From NCBI GenBank assembly GCA_964615185.1, contig CAZTOS010000001.1, positions 1 to 26,378 of the forward strand: 26,378 nucleotides of DNA, in the 5' to 3' direction. Of this stretch, positions 26,351-26,378 are shown one piece after another (positions within the stretch are counted from its first letter, which is position 1; every line of letters starts with the position of its first letter). A model generated the notes under the pieces. That model was not told where the DNA came from and did no database searches. It was given only the letters and a program-made list of their open reading frames with translations. Origin of the DNA: an uncultured Thermococci archaeon. GTDB taxonomy: Archaea > Methanobacteriota_B > Thermococci > Thermococcales > Thermococcaceae. A program made the translations under genes and the position numbers.

Positions 26351-26378
26351 AAGCATTTTTTAAAGGATTTTTTAGTGC
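26335..26378 (+). CDS. Start of next small CDS (MFENLKAFFKGFFS...), truncated by the window
   Basis: GGGGTGATTAA-ATG RBS/start. Frame is open to the window end. Confidence 0.55.
   Translation, partial: MFENLKAFFKGFFS

Noticed and set aside
1..26378. CRISPR array, rRNA, tRNA or box C/D sRNA genes
   Set aside because: No regularly spaced repeats or recognisable signatures found by eye. Short C/D sRNAs overlapping gene ends could have been missed.

Overview
Archaeal chromosome segment, almost certainly Thermococcales. Evidence: CGP-CTERM protein, TGM operator, eL33, eL37-Sm1, GltPh-like transporter, GGTGA RBSs. 6.3-26.4 kb is mostly housekeeping: pepQ, rpl35ae, trm1, rubrerythrin-VIT1, vapBC, MATE, HTH-SBP fusion, rpl37e, Sm, glyS, DUF402, DUF167, alaXM, surface protein, glt, biotin ligase, fba, oadA-like, cstA. 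Three parts are unusual. (1) A TnpA-less IS200/IS605 element (<1-1580, minus) carries an unannotated 51-aa ribbon-helix-helix gene coupled to a doubly frameshifted tnpB and its omegaRNA. (2) A 402-bp non-coding relative (15576-15977) is inserted at the same TGAC motif, at the glyS stop codon. It has its own promoter, an extra ~145-nt structured 5' domain, a co-varying omegaRNA scaffold and a guide matching its empty site, and it interrupts an unannotated 33-aa membrane peptide gene. (3) A ~1300-aa secreted LTD/CARDB/Ca-repeat protein ends in a CLCA-like zincin domain and is coupled to a CGP-CTERM protein. A synonymously diverged second copy of the protease's last codons follows, suggesting an effector plus partner-cassette array. 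All calls come from manual reading; no database search was run.
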